A stretch of DNA of 20,128 bases from an uncultured virus (IMG/VR IMGVR_UViG_2718218029_000001) (taxonomy: Duplodnaviria; Heunggongvirae; Uroviricota; Caudoviricetes): positions 62,001 through 82,128 of IMG/VR virus record IMGVR_UViG_2718218029_000001; one strand, given 5' to 3'. The notes under the pieces are model-generated. The model did not search any database, was not told where the DNA came from, and saw only the letters and a program-made list of their open reading frames with translations. Positions within the stretch are counted from its first letter, which is position 1. Each line of letters opens with the position of its first letter. The translations under genes and the position numbers were made by a program. Below are positions 7,079 through 17,381 of the stretch, piece after piece.

Positions 7079-10000
7079 ATGGCAGATGAAGTATTAGGCC
7101 GCATGGTCATCGAGTTAGGGCTGGATCACGCTGCGTTTGGCAAAGGTTTAACCGGTGCTAAACGTGAAGTTAAGTATGCAATGGCTGAGATGAAATCATC
7201 AATGGCTGTACTCGGTCAATCAGGCCGCCAGTTTGACGTCCTATCAGCTAAGTCTAAAGGCTTGTCACAAGTAATGATGAGTCAGCAGCGGGTTGTTGAA
7301 AAACTGGGTAAAGCGTACAAGGATTCGCTGGTTGATGGTAAACCAACCGCACAAACAGCTAAGTTAGCAACTCAATTGCAGAATGCCAATGCTAAATTAG
7401 CCTCATTACAAACTCAGTACAAGAATAATGCAGCGGCAATGGCTAAAGCACGTGTTGAGCAAACTGGTTTTACCGGTGGTTTAAATAAAGTTAGCAAGGC
7501 CGCTGTAGCGACTGGTACATCGATGAAGAACATCGGCTCAACGATGACCAGCAAAGTTAGCGCCCCAATTGCGGCTGGTTTAGCCATTGCAACTAAATCC
7601 GCTATCACTTTTGATTCGCAAATCAAGTCCATGGGGCCTCTGCTGACTAATGGGGGCGCGGTTACCGCTAAGTACCGGTCACAGTTGGATCAGTTGGGTG
7701 ATGCATCTAAAAAGATGTCGATGAAGTACGGTGTCTCGACTACTGAAATCAACAACGGCATGGCGGAACTTATTCGGCGTGGTTACACGACTAACCAAGT
7801 TCTAGGCTCAATGCCGTCTATCTTAGATGCAACCATGGCTTCCGGTGAAGATATGGGTACGGTCATGAATGCCACAGCGTCAATCGTTGAACAGTTCGGG
7901 TTAAAGACTAACTCAACGGCTGGGACGATGAAGAACACTCAGCGGGTTACCGATTCGCTGACATACGCGGCCAATGCAACTGCGGCTGGCTTCGGTGATA
8001 TGTCTGATGCGATGAGCTACGTCGGGCCGGTTGCATCTAGTTTGGGTCTCAGCGTTGAACAAACTGCGGCGGCTGTTGGTGAGCTTAGTAACCAAGGAAT
8101 CGAAGGCCAAAAAGCTGGGACTAATTTACGTGGTATGCTGACTAGTTTGATTAAGCCAACCAAGCAAAACACCGAAGGATTCAAGAGTATGGGCATTAGT
8201 TCGAAGCAACTGGCCCATGACTCACACGATTTACCGCAACTAATTGATGATATCACACATGGCACTAAGGGCTGGTCAAACGCTGAACGTGGTAAGGCCT
8301 TAGCCCAAGCATTCGGACGTGAGAACCAAGCTGCTGCTAACGCATTAGTTAAGGCCGGTTCTAAGAGTCTGCGTGACTTGACTAAAGATACTGAGAACGC
8401 TGGTGGTGCGACTAAGAAAGTTGCCGAGCAAATGAGCAATACTTCGGCAAATAATGTCAAGAAACTGATTGCGTCATTACAAGTGCTAGGAATTGAAATC
8501 GGTGAGAAGTTAATTCCAAAACTAACACCATTAGTTAAGAAAGCCACGGATATGGTTCAAGGTTTTTCAAAGATGGATGATGCCACTCAGAATACAATTA
8601 TTAAGTTTGCCCTATTAGCTGCTGCTGGTGGCCCAGTATTGAGTATGCTGGGTAATATCGTCGGTGGATTTGGAACATTTGGTGGCGGTATTGTTAAAGT
8701 TATTAGCGCTACCGCACAATGGCACGCGAAGAATCAAGCAGCTAAAGAATCACTCGCGATGTTAAAAGGTGCGACTGATGCCACTAGTGGCGGTTTCAAA
8801 GCGTTCAAGGGTAGTGTTGATACTGTAAATGGCTCAGCATCAACGGCTAAGTCAACATTTGGCTTGCTTAAAGGTGCCTTTACGACGGCCGAAGCCGGCG
8901 CCGGTGTATTAGGAACCTCATTAAGTGTGACGGGTGCGGCGGTGACCGGTGTTGGTTTGGCAGCTGTAGCCGGTGTGGCTTACTGGCAACTCTATGGTAA
9001 AGAAGCGGCCGCTAGCGCTGCACGAACACGGCAGTGGGGTTCAGATGTCGGTGAACAGGCTGATTCTGCACTGACTAAGTTCAAGGGATTTAGTACTAAC
9101 GCTAGTGCGTCATTGACGGATTTTGAGACAGCAAGTCATACAAGCACTAAGAGCGTTGCCAAGGATTTTGGCGATATGTACACTGAGATGGAGAAGGATT
9201 CCAAAGACACTATCCAGCAGATGCAGAAGGATATGAAGGGCCTGCCCGACTCTGTTCAAGGTGACTTGAAAAAGGATATTGCTGATCGCAAGAAGCATAA
9301 TGCTACGGTATTGGCCGATGCTAAGGAAAATTATAATAACGCGGAAGCAATACTCAAAAACCACAATGGCAAGATGTCTGGTTTAAGTGATACGGAACGA
9401 ACTGCATTGCTCAATAGCCAACGTAAAATGAATAGCGATGAGATTAGCCTACTAAAAATTGGTGGAAGTGCTAAGAAGAACGTTCTAGCTGCATTGAATG
9501 GGGATATTGGTAACATGACCCGTAAGCAACGTGATACGACCATTAATCAATTGACGTCTTCAATGCAGAAAGAAAACAAGCTTTACAATGATCAGAGCCA
9601 GCAGATCAAGTCCATGTACGATAAAGGTGAAATTTCTGCATCACAATATGGCAAGGCAATGACTGACCTGCAAGCTACCCACAAGTCAACTATAGATGGT
9701 ATGGCCGCGGCAATCTATAAACTGGATAAGGCGAACGGGGCTTCGAAAGCCCAAATTACGCAGGATTTACTAAATGTTGGCTACACTTACAAGCAAGCAG
9801 CGGCGATTGTAAAACGGCAAAATGATGACATGAGTAAGAGTACATCCTTGGTGGTTGCTGAAACTGGCAATATGAGTAAGAAGTCTAAGGCGGCAGCCGA
9901 TACCTGGAATAGCTTAGTATTTGATTCCAAGACTGGAAAAGTTAAGACCAATGCACAGGGCGAAGTCAATAAAGCTGCTAAATCTAAGGACAAATGGAAC

Positions 10001-11623
10001 CAGATGAAGCTACTGGTTAAACAAGGAAAGATGAGCTCCAATGCCGCGGCCATGGTTGGGGTTGCGGCTGTTCAGACCAAACGCTGGGATGGTTTAACGC
10101 TTAAAGAGAAACAGGCGATGATTAAGTCTAAAGGTGGCGATGATCTAGCCGGGCTAATCGAAAAGGGCAAACAATGGGGTAAGTTTACCCCAGCCGAAAA
10201 GAAGGCCATCATTACTTCCAAAGGTGGACCAGAACTCTTAGGCGTCATGACTAAGGCTCAAACTTGGAATAAGTTAACGATGGCTGAGAAGCGGGCAGTC
10301 TTAAAGGACAATGCGTCGCCAGCCATGAAGCAAGCTACGATTGGTATTAAGGATTGGAACAACTTAACGCCACAAATGAAGACGGTCATGGCTAAAGCTA
10401 AGGGTGCCGAAGATGTTGCGAAAGGCGTTAAAAACCTTAAGGATTGGAATAGCTTACCAGAACGTGAAAAACGGTTAATTGCAAACGACAAGGGCGCTAC
10501 GGGAATTATTAAGAAGGTAACTGGTAATTATAAGGCTTATCAGAATTTACCAAAAAACGCTACTAAGAATTTACTTGCTAAGGACAATGCTAGCAAGAAT
10601 GCTGGTAAAGCTAAAATTTCAGTTGATAAGTTTGGCCGAGCTAAGGTAACTGGTAAGGTACTTAAGGCTACTGATAAGGCGTCTGGTCCTGCCAAGAGCG
10701 GTAAAAAGGGACTAGATAAATTTAATTCAACCAAAATGCAGACTAAAACTGCAAAAGGTAAGGATTCGGCCTCAGGTTCAATGAACGGTGCACGTAAATC
10801 GGCAATTAAATATAACGGCGTTAATATGGCACTCAAAACTGCTCGTGGACATGACGCTGCATCTAGTCCAATTAATGGTGCTCACCGGTCACTTGATCGA
10901 TACAACGGGGTAGGCATGCGTGGAAAAACAGCTCGCGGATATGATTCAGCAAGCGGTGCTATGGGACGCGCTAAAGGTTCGTTAGGTCGCTACAATGGAA
11001 CCGGTATGCGAGACAAGACTGCTCGTGGTCACGATGGCGCTTCTGGTCCAATCAGTAGCGCAATCCGTACTCTAAGCCACTGGAATGCAATGGGGAACGT
11101 GACTCACTTCATTACAACTGTTTTTCGTAAAATTACTCGGCACGCAACAGGTACAACAGGTACCGATGGTAATCCAATCATTGTTAATGACGAAGAAAGT
11201 TCAGTATACCGTGAAGCTGTCAAGTATCCCGGGCATCCAGCGTTTATTCCACACGGACGTAATGTCTATCTGAATGCACCAAAAGGAACGCAAGTTATTC
11301 CAGCGGGATTAACGGCCAAAATGTTTGGTGTCTCACAGTATGCTGCTGGTACTATTCCGGCTAATTCATCAATTATCCAAGCTTCGAAAGCCATCAATGA
11401 CTCAATTGGCGGAGATAATACCACAATCAACTATAACTTGGGTGGTAGCGACAGTACACAAGCAATCGTAGCGGGTCTGGAAGCTATCCTGAATAAACTT
11501 GATGACCAACAACCAACATTTGAAGTGCACAACGACATGATTGGTGAAAAACTGCGGACTTTGATTAAACAAAAGGATTCACGGGAACACAATTTAAATC
11601 GATTCTTCCCACAAGGAGGTTAG
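7079..11623 (+). CDS. Tail tape measure protein
   Basis: 1514 aa Ala/Gly/Lys-rich helical protein, SD GGGAGG. Has a TP901-type core (ELSNQGIEGQKAGTNLRGML), hydrophobic segments, 30-aa aromatic repeats and C-terminal HATGT...YAAGT motifs. Confidence 0.96.
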   Translation: MADEVLGRMVIELGLDHAAFGKGLTGAKREVKYAMAEMKSSMAVLGQSGRQFDVLSAKSKGLSQVMMSQQRVVEKLGKAYKDSLVDGKPTAQTAKLATQLQNANAKLASLQTQYKNNAAAMAKARVEQTGFTGGLNKVSKAAVATGTSMKNIGSTMTSKVSAPIAAGLAIATKSAITFDSQIKSMGPLLTNGGAVTAKYRSQLDQLGDASKKMSMKYGVSTTEINNGMAELIRRGYTTNQVLGSMPSILDATMASGEDMGTVMNATASIVEQFGLKTNSTAGTMKNTQRVTDSLTYAANATAAGFGDMSDAMSYVGPVASSLGLSVEQTAAAVGELSNQGIEGQKAGTNLRGMLTSLIKPTKQNTEGFKSMGISSKQLAHDSHDLPQLIDDITHGTKGWSNAERGKALAQAFGRENQAAANALVKAGSKSLRDLTKDTENAGGATKKVAEQMSNTSANNVKKLIASLQVLGIEIGEKLIPKLTPLVKKATDMVQGFSKMDDATQNTIIKFALLAAAGGPVLSMLGNIVGGFGTFGGGIVKVISATAQWHAKNQAAKESLAMLKGATDATSGGFKAFKGSVDTVNGSASTAKSTFGLLKGAFTTAEAGAGVLGTSLSVTGAAVTGVGLAAVAGVAYWQLYGKEAAASAARTRQWGSDVGEQADSALTKFKGFSTNASASLTDFETASHTSTKSVAKDFGDMYTEMEKDSKDTIQQMQKDMKGLPDSVQGDLKKDIADRKKHNATVLADAKENYNNAEAILKNHNGKMSGLSDTERTALLNSQRKMNSDEISLLKIGGSAKKNVLAALNGDIGNMTRKQRDTTINQLTSSMQKENKLYNDQSQQIKSMYDKGEISASQYGKAMTDLQATHKSTIDGMAAAIYKLDKANGASKAQITQDLLNVGYTYKQAAAIVKRQNDDMSKSTSLVVAETGNMSKKSKAAADTWNSLVFDSKTGKVKTNAQGEVNKAAKSKDKWNQMKLLVKQGKMSSNAAAMVGVAAVQTKRWDGLTLKEKQAMIKSKGGDDLAGLIEKGKQWGKFTPAEKKAIITSKGGPELLGVMTKAQTWNKLTMAEKRAVLKDNASPAMKQATIGIKDWNNLTPQMKTVMAKAKGAEDVAKGVKNLKDWNSLPEREKRLIANDKGATGIIKKVTGNYKAYQNLPKNATKNLLAKDNASKNAGKAKISVDKFGRAKVTGKVLKATDKASGPAKSGKKGLDKFNSTKMQTKTAKGKDSASGSMNGARKSAIKYNGVNMALKTARGHDAASSPINGAHRSLDRYNGVGMRGKTARGYDSASGAMGRAKGSLGRYNGTGMRDKTARGHDGASGPISSAIRTLSHWNAMGNVTHFITTVFRKITRHATGTTGTDGNPIIVNDEESSVYREAVKYPGHPAFIPHGRNVYLNAPKGTQVIPAGLTAKMFGVSQYAAGTIPANSSIIQASKAINDSIGGDNTTINYNLGGSDSTQAIVAGLEAILNKLDDQQPTFEVHNDMIGEKLRTLIKQKDSREHNLNRFFPQGG
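9905..11083 (+). repeat. 13 degenerate 30-31-aa (90-93 nt) tandem repeats in tape measure
   Basis: W/F/Y recurs every 30 aa (twice 31) from TGG 9905 to TGG 11081. The last units share YNG..M..KTARG.D.AS. Confidence 0.85.
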
Positions 11624-11626
11624 CAA

Positions 11627-12448
11627 ATGGATGCTTTAATTACAAACTTAAATGGAACTGAACATAAGTTGAGTGACTTCGGCTTCCAAGTGCTCAACTT
11701 CGAAGAATCGGCGCCAACAATCACCAGAACTACTAAGAGTTTTGATGGGCGCGCCGGTTCATTAGATTATGGGGGCCGGCATGTCGTTAAGAGGATTACA
11801 ATCAATGGTTTGTATTGGGTTAAAAGCCTGGAACAAGTGGATGATGTGCGAGATAAAGTTAACGCGGCTTTGTCACAAACGGAATCCATTTATTTAACAC
11901 GCATTTACGGTGGTCGAAACTTGTATGACGTGCGTGAGAGTGGCAAAGACTTTGTGATGCCAGCACAAACTGTTGATGAGAAACGGTTTAAAGTGTATCG
12001 AACAGATACCAACCTACCATCAATCATCGAGCGGACTGGTAAGGGCGTTTACTACACCTGGTCACTGGAATTTGAGACAGCCGAGTTGCCATATGGTGAG
12101 AGTAAGCCACGGTCGCAAACGTTAGTTAGTGGCCAATCAATAACTTATAACGGTACAGTAGCTTGTTCACAGCTAGAACAGGCTTTTTATTTTGTTGTGA
12201 CGGCTAAGGTGGCGTCTGCTGGTGGGTTTACGTTGACAGTCGATGGTCAATCATTGATAGTTACTAGCCCAGTAGTTGCTGGTGACGTTTATACGTTATC
12301 GGGCATGAATAATACTCGTGGCAGTCAGAACATTAATGATAAAACTAATGCGGGGTATTTTATCCTGCATCCCAGTGCAGCTAACAAGGTAGTATGTTCA
12401 ATCAGTGCGGATATTCAGATCAAAAATTTATGTGATTTATATATTTAG
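11627..12448 (+). CDS. Distal tail protein (Dit)
   Basis: 273 aa right after the tape measure, SD AGGAGG. Motifs DGRAGSLDYG and LEFETAELPYGES. Confidence 0.85.
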   Translation: MDALITNLNGTEHKLSDFGFQVLNFEESAPTITRTTKSFDGRAGSLDYGGRHVVKRITINGLYWVKSLEQVDDVRDKVNAALSQTESIYLTRIYGGRNLYDVRESGKDFVMPAQTVDEKRFKVYRTDTNLPSIIERTGKGVYYTWSLEFETAELPYGESKPRSQTLVSGQSITYNGTVACSQLEQAFYFVVTAKVASAGGFTLTVDGQSLIVTSPVVAGDVYTLSGMNNTRGSQNINDKTNAGYFILHPSAANKVVCSISADIQIKNLCDLYI

Positions 12449-12467
12449 GAAGGTGAGGTGAAAATTA

Positions 12468-15400
12468 TTGATTAAATTTCATGATCCGGCTGGGACGCCC
12501 CATTTCGGCCAAGCTACCATTACAAGAACTACTAGCGTTAATGGCGGACTGTCACTGACTGGTGAAGTGTTTGCTGGTGATGACGTATTGAACGGTTTAG
12601 ACTACGGCTGGTGGTTAAACTTCGATAACGAAAAGTACGTCATTACGTATAAGAAGCTGAGTGATGATACCAATACCGTTGTCTTTGATGCGGTACAACA
12701 GTTCTTTTGGGACTTTGCCAAAGTAGCATTGCACGCACAATACACGGGTAGTCATGAGTATACATTCTATCTAGGACAACTCTTTGATAAATCCGGGTAT
12801 ACCTACAAGAATGACGTTACCGTACCAGCATTTGAAAAAGAAAATTGGGGTTATAAAAATAAGTTAGATTTATTTAACGACATTATTGATCAGGCTGGCG
12901 TTGAATTTGAAGTGCACAATGAGACGGTTCACATTGCTAAACAGATTGGTAGTGACCTGACCAGTTTTGCCCGTAAAGGGATTAACCTTAGTAATCTCAC
13001 GGAAGAAATGAAAATATCCGATTTTGCGACGTATGCTAAGGGCTATGGTGCTTTCAAAGATACTGAAGACCAAAGTAAGGGTCGATTAGAAGTTGAGTAT
13101 CGCAGTGAGTTAGCCAAGCAGTTTGGCGACTTAGAAATGGACCCGATTGTCGATGAACGATACACAATTGCAGATAACTTGATTGCCGCCTTAAAAAAGC
13201 AGGTTGATGCGACCTATACCGTGTCAATGACTATGAACATCTATGACTTAGAGAACGCTGGTTATCCTAATTATGAAGCACCTAAAGTCGGGGACTGGAT
13301 TCTAGCGATTGATGAAGCATTAAATTTCAAGCGTAAGATTCGCATTATTCAGCTTGAAGAACAGTTTGACGTGACCGGTAAGCGTATCGGGTATACGGCC
13401 ACTTGTGGTGATTTGAGTATTGTGGATCAGTACACACATCTACAAAGTAGTTTGGATAGCAAGGTGCAACGTATTCAAGAAAGTGTTGATAATGTACTTA
13501 GCAGCGCTAACGGCAAGAGTACAAACTACTATGGTGAAAAAGAACCCACGAGCGCCAATGAAGGTGACTTATGGTTTGACCAAAGTGATAGTGATCCAGA
13601 CAAGTGGTCTATCAAACAATGGGTCAACGGGCGTTGGAAACAGATTACGCTGAACCCTGGCGAGGTAGACGCCAAAGTTAACGTTGCTAAGAAAGAGGCT
13701 GAAACTGCGGTTGAAAATGCTAAAAGTGCATCAGATAAAGCTGACCAGTTTGCGGCCAAGTACGATGATACAAATGCACTAGCTAATCAAGCACTGGACC
13801 GGGCCACAAGTGCACAAGCATCGGCTAATGATCTTGTAGATTCAGTTAAAGCTGCCTCTATAGATGCTAATGATGCCAAAACTATTGCCAATTCGGTTAA
13901 GTCAAGTTATGACACGCTAACTGACGGATCAACAATGACAATTGCTGAATTAGAAAATGGATTAGCAGCCAAATTAACCAAAGAAGATCTTAATGGATAT
14001 GCCACCCAAACATGGACTCAAAATCAAATTAAGCTTACTGCCGATGGAATTAACTCAACATTATCTAGTGTTAAAACTACGGTTGATGGACAGACGACAA
14101 GTATTAATGATTTGAAAGCTGATTCCAGTGGGGTTAAAGCTCAATTTGTTACAGTCAATGACACTCTAGATAAGCAAACTAAGGACATTGGAACTCTTCA
14201 GGCAACAAACAAGTCTTTGGTTGCTAGTTTTGATTCTTTAAATGCTGATAATGCCGTGAATCAGCATAATATTAGTCAGTTACAATTAACGGCAACTTCA
14301 TTGAGTAATACTATCGAAAACGTGAATCAAAAAGTTGAAGATGGACTGATATCAACTAACATCTTTAGAAGCGCAAATGACTTTTCACGTTCTTATTGGA
14401 CTGATACATTTGGTTATCCGTTCACAACCATTCAAACCGAAAGTAGGTACCACGATTCGTTGATTCACTATCAAGGTCAGGGCAAGACACCCGCACCATA
14501 TTCGACTATTGCTCAGCAAACAATCACTGATGATGCTATGGCTGCTGATACATGGTACACGCTTAGCTTCTATGCACGTGGAGCTGGAGACAATAATACA
14601 GTAGGCAAATTTGGTGTGTACTTTTATGGTAATGGTAGCGACCAGTCTATGTCTAGCAGTGACGGTGTTGAAGTACTGGGAACATCAGATACTCATTGCA
14701 TAATTACATTAACGCCGTACTTTAGACGTTACGTAATTACTTTCCACACGCCTAAAGATTTCTCAGGCGGGCATTCATTCTGGGCTAGAAATGACCTAGA
14801 TCTAAATGATGGCAGTTTGTATTGTGATTTTTGGCACCCTAAACTGGAACTAGGTAAAGTTGCGAGTAATTTCTCGGTAAACCCAGCAGATACAGCAACT
14901 ATTTCAGCATTGTCAAGTATTTCGCAAACTGTCGATGCAATCCAAACAACAGTACGTGGAAAGGTTGATAATGACACTTATCAGTCAAAGATGACTCAAA
15001 TCGACAATGCAATTGTTACTAAGGTGTCCAAAGGTGATGTTACTAATGATAATATCCTTCCATATTCGGGGTACTGGTCTGATACGACCGGATGGAATCT
15101 ATTCGCCTGGGGTGCTTCTGACAAAACATTAAGTCTAATTCATCATGACTTCTACCATAATGCCGTCGATGCAACTTTATGCATACAAACAAAGTTGAAT
15201 GCTACGGCCCCAGTAGGTTCATCTAAGTTCACTCTTATTCCAAATACTACGTACACCTTTAGCTTTTGGGGATTTGCGTCATCTAATGTTGTCGGTACCA
15301 ACGTGTATGTACTTGGTCGCAGTTACACATCCACAAATGACTATGATTTTGTTCACGCAGTATTTGAAAATCTTAAAATGTCTCCTAATGGGATAAACAA

Positions 15401-16421
15401 ATACACGGCTACCTTCAAAACAGGACCGACTGAGACTCAGGCTTATATACGACTTGACAATGGCGGATCTAATAACGGCCAAAGCGCAGGATCATATTTC
15501 GCAGAACTTAAATTAGAGCAAGGTGACATAGCCACTCCGTATACGAGAGTATCGAGTGGTGAGATTCAGATAACCTCAGATAACATCAATCTTAAGGTTT
15601 CCAAAGATGGTGTTATAAATGCAGTCAACATTTCTCCTGAAGGAATCCAGATATACGGTAACAAACTGCATATTACGGCGGCCACCTACATTGACAATGC
15701 AGTCATTAAGGACGCCATGATTGCCAACCTAAATGCTAATAAGTTAACAGCTGGCTCAATTAATGCGGCTAATATCAATGTGTATAACATTAATGGCGCA
15801 AATATTGTCGCCAATTCGATAACTGCTAACCAGCTTCAAGCCGGGTCTCTATTAATTGCATTAAACTCCACTATGCAAACTATGAGGATTGGCACCGATG
15901 GTTTATACACTACTGATAATAAAGGCGACGGGGTTGGCCATATTCATACCAACTCAGTTGTTGGGCATCCAGATGTCTATGGCCTAAACTTTGACCTTGA
16001 TGCTACCGGGGACTATATGGGTTGGGGAGCTAAGAACCGTGGAGATCCTAATGGAACCTATGCCATCAAACTAGGCTGGTATCGTTCAGATACGGCTAAT
16101 ACCATTGGAAATATTAAAGGATTCGTATTCTCAGACCAAGTAACCTTAAACGGCGGTATTCAAGTTTCCGGAGCATATCAGAATCTAGGCTTCGGTACAA
16201 GTACGTTTAACAACAATACCCATTACCCTTATTTTGGGTCAACTGGCATGAAGGCTGGATTAGCCTATGGCTCGACGGATACCTATCTGATTTCAGATGG
16301 TAAGTATGCTGATATGACTAAGGTTATATTTGCTTTACAAGGTATCGGTGATGCTTATATTCCCGTTAAGCTTAGTGACGGAAAGATAACTAGTTATGTT
16401 AAAGTCAATTTCCAACATTAG
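12468..16421 (+). CDS. Tal-like tail tip / host-recognition protein (prophage-tail N-domain, coiled coil, two CBM-like domains, gp58-like C-terminal region)
   Basis: 1317 aa, TTG start with SD GGTGAGGTG. N-terminal baseplate hub region (GINL...TYAKGYG...DERYT), EGDLWFD motif, heptad-rich stalk, two ~170-aa beta domains, and an I.A..I.A beta-helix-like segment. Confidence 0.88.
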   Translation: MIKFHDPAGTPHFGQATITRTTSVNGGLSLTGEVFAGDDVLNGLDYGWWLNFDNEKYVITYKKLSDDTNTVVFDAVQQFFWDFAKVALHAQYTGSHEYTFYLGQLFDKSGYTYKNDVTVPAFEKENWGYKNKLDLFNDIIDQAGVEFEVHNETVHIAKQIGSDLTSFARKGINLSNLTEEMKISDFATYAKGYGAFKDTEDQSKGRLEVEYRSELAKQFGDLEMDPIVDERYTIADNLIAALKKQVDATYTVSMTMNIYDLENAGYPNYEAPKVGDWILAIDEALNFKRKIRIIQLEEQFDVTGKRIGYTATCGDLSIVDQYTHLQSSLDSKVQRIQESVDNVLSSANGKSTNYYGEKEPTSANEGDLWFDQSDSDPDKWSIKQWVNGRWKQITLNPGEVDAKVNVAKKEAETAVENAKSASDKADQFAAKYDDTNALANQALDRATSAQASANDLVDSVKAASIDANDAKTIANSVKSSYDTLTDGSTMTIAELENGLAAKLTKEDLNGYATQTWTQNQIKLTADGINSTLSSVKTTVDGQTTSINDLKADSSGVKAQFVTVNDTLDKQTKDIGTLQATNKSLVASFDSLNADNAVNQHNISQLQLTATSLSNTIENVNQKVEDGLISTNIFRSANDFSRSYWTDTFGYPFTTIQTESRYHDSLIHYQGQGKTPAPYSTIAQQTITDDAMAADTWYTLSFYARGAGDNNTVGKFGVYFYGNGSDQSMSSSDGVEVLGTSDTHCIITLTPYFRRYVITFHTPKDFSGGHSFWARNDLDLNDGSLYCDFWHPKLELGKVASNFSVNPADTATISALSSISQTVDAIQTTVRGKVDNDTYQSKMTQIDNAIVTKVSKGDVTNDNILPYSGYWSDTTGWNLFAWGASDKTLSLIHHDFYHNAVDATLCIQTKLNATAPVGSSKFTLIPNTTYTFSFWGFASSNVVGTNVYVLGRSYTSTNDYDFVHAVFENLKMSPNGINKYTATFKTGPTETQAYIRLDNGGSNNGQSAGSYFAELKLEQGDIATPYTRVSSGEIQITSDNINLKVSKDGVINAVNISPEGIQIYGNKLHITAATYIDNAVIKDAMIANLNANKLTAGSINAANINVYNINGANIVANSITANQLQAGSLLIALNSTMQTMRIGTDGLYTTDNKGDGVGHIHTNSVVGHPDVYGLNFDLDATGDYMGWGAKNRGDPNGTYAIKLGWYRSDTANTIGNIKGFVFSDQVTLNGGIQVSGAYQNLGFGTSTFNNNTHYPYFGSTGMKAGLAYGSTDTYLISDGKYADMTKVIFALQGIGDAYIPVKLSDGKITSYVKVNFQH

Positions 16422-16443
16422 ACAAAAATAAGAAGGAGCAATA

Positions 16444-16929
16444 ATGATGAAAAACACTATTGAATTTAAAAATTCTGAACTTACAGGGCTGGCAAACGTT
16501 TTAGGAGGATTCAAGCTAAAAGGAAAAGCAAGCCTAGGTCGTACCGTACTGATTCGTAAATTCGCTAAGAAGCAGGAAGAAGTCAACGACGATCGGATTG
16601 AAATTCAGAAAAAGTACTTTGAGACTGATGAAGACGGCTCATTGCGTGTTTTCAAAGACAGTGAAGGCAAGTTGATTCCTAAGTCAGAATTGGCGGATAA
16701 AGAGGATCCTAAGAAATTAGGGGCAAAATCTGCCAAAGAATTGGACGATGAGATCAAAGATCTTAACAGCGAAAAAGCCATCATCGATTTTAGTGAATAC
16801 TCGCCTCGTTTTAAGGCGCTTAAGGCTGCTTTAGAAGACTACCCATATGAGCTTGAAAGTGATTCAGCAATTGCATACGAACGAGTTTATGACCAACTAG
16901 AACAGGCATTCAGCAAAGGAGAAAAATAA
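16444..16929 (+). CDS. Phage protein, DUF1617-like (tail-fibre associated)
   Basis: 161 aa charged helical protein, SD AAGGAG. F.N.EL...L...LKGKASLGRT.LI pattern, typical position after the host-recognition gene. Confidence 0.6.
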   Translation: MMKNTIEFKNSELTGLANVLGGFKLKGKASLGRTVLIRKFAKKQEEVNDDRIEIQKKYFETDEDGSLRVFKDSEGKLIPKSELADKEDPKKLGAKSAKELDDEIKDLNSEKAIIDFSEYSPRFKALKAALEDYPYELESDSAIAYERVYDQLEQAFSKGEK

Positions 16930-16930
16930 T

Positions 16931-17365
16931 ATGAACTTAATTAATCGTAGTATCCAATACGCTTTATCAGCTGAAACTGGTAACACAGATAGTGTCGTTG
17001 TTGGGGTTTACGGAAAATCTGATAATCTCGAAATTAACGGTACCTTAACAATCGTCGCAGATGACTTAGATGAAGGAACTACTTTTGACGACCTTTCTAA
17101 GAAGCAACTATTTGCGTTAGCCACTAAGAAGCTGCCTACCTTATTGCCAAATTTGGCGTACACTAACTATCAATTCTTTGTTCAGAATGATACGCCGGTT
17201 CGATTAACCGCATACTCAGACTTAAGCAATAATGGCAGTTATATTTCATTAAGCTCAACTCTCGACCAGTCTGACTTCACAGATAAAGCTATCGAATCTG
17301 TCGGTTACGAAGATGTAAAATCTGCAGTCAAAACTATTCTTAGTCAAGAATTCCCGACATCATGA
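16931..17365 (+). CDS. Hypothetical phage protein (acidic, apparent two-domain duplication)
   Basis: 144 aa ORF with SD AAGGAG, tightly packed in the operon. Confidence 0.75.
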   Translation: MNLINRSIQYALSAETGNTDSVVVGVYGKSDNLEINGTLTIVADDLDEGTTFDDLSKKQLFALATKKLPTLLPNLAYTNYQFFVQNDTPVRLTAYSDLSNNGSYISLSSTLDQSDFTDKAIESVGYEDVKSAVKTILSQEFPTS

Positions 17366-17381
17366 ATGGAAGTGTGATGTG

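Noticed and set aside
12468..16929. Diversity-generating retroelement or invertible tail-fibre cassette
   Set aside because: No reverse transcriptase or invertase in the window, and no near-identical TR/VR pair or inverted alternative C-termini seen.
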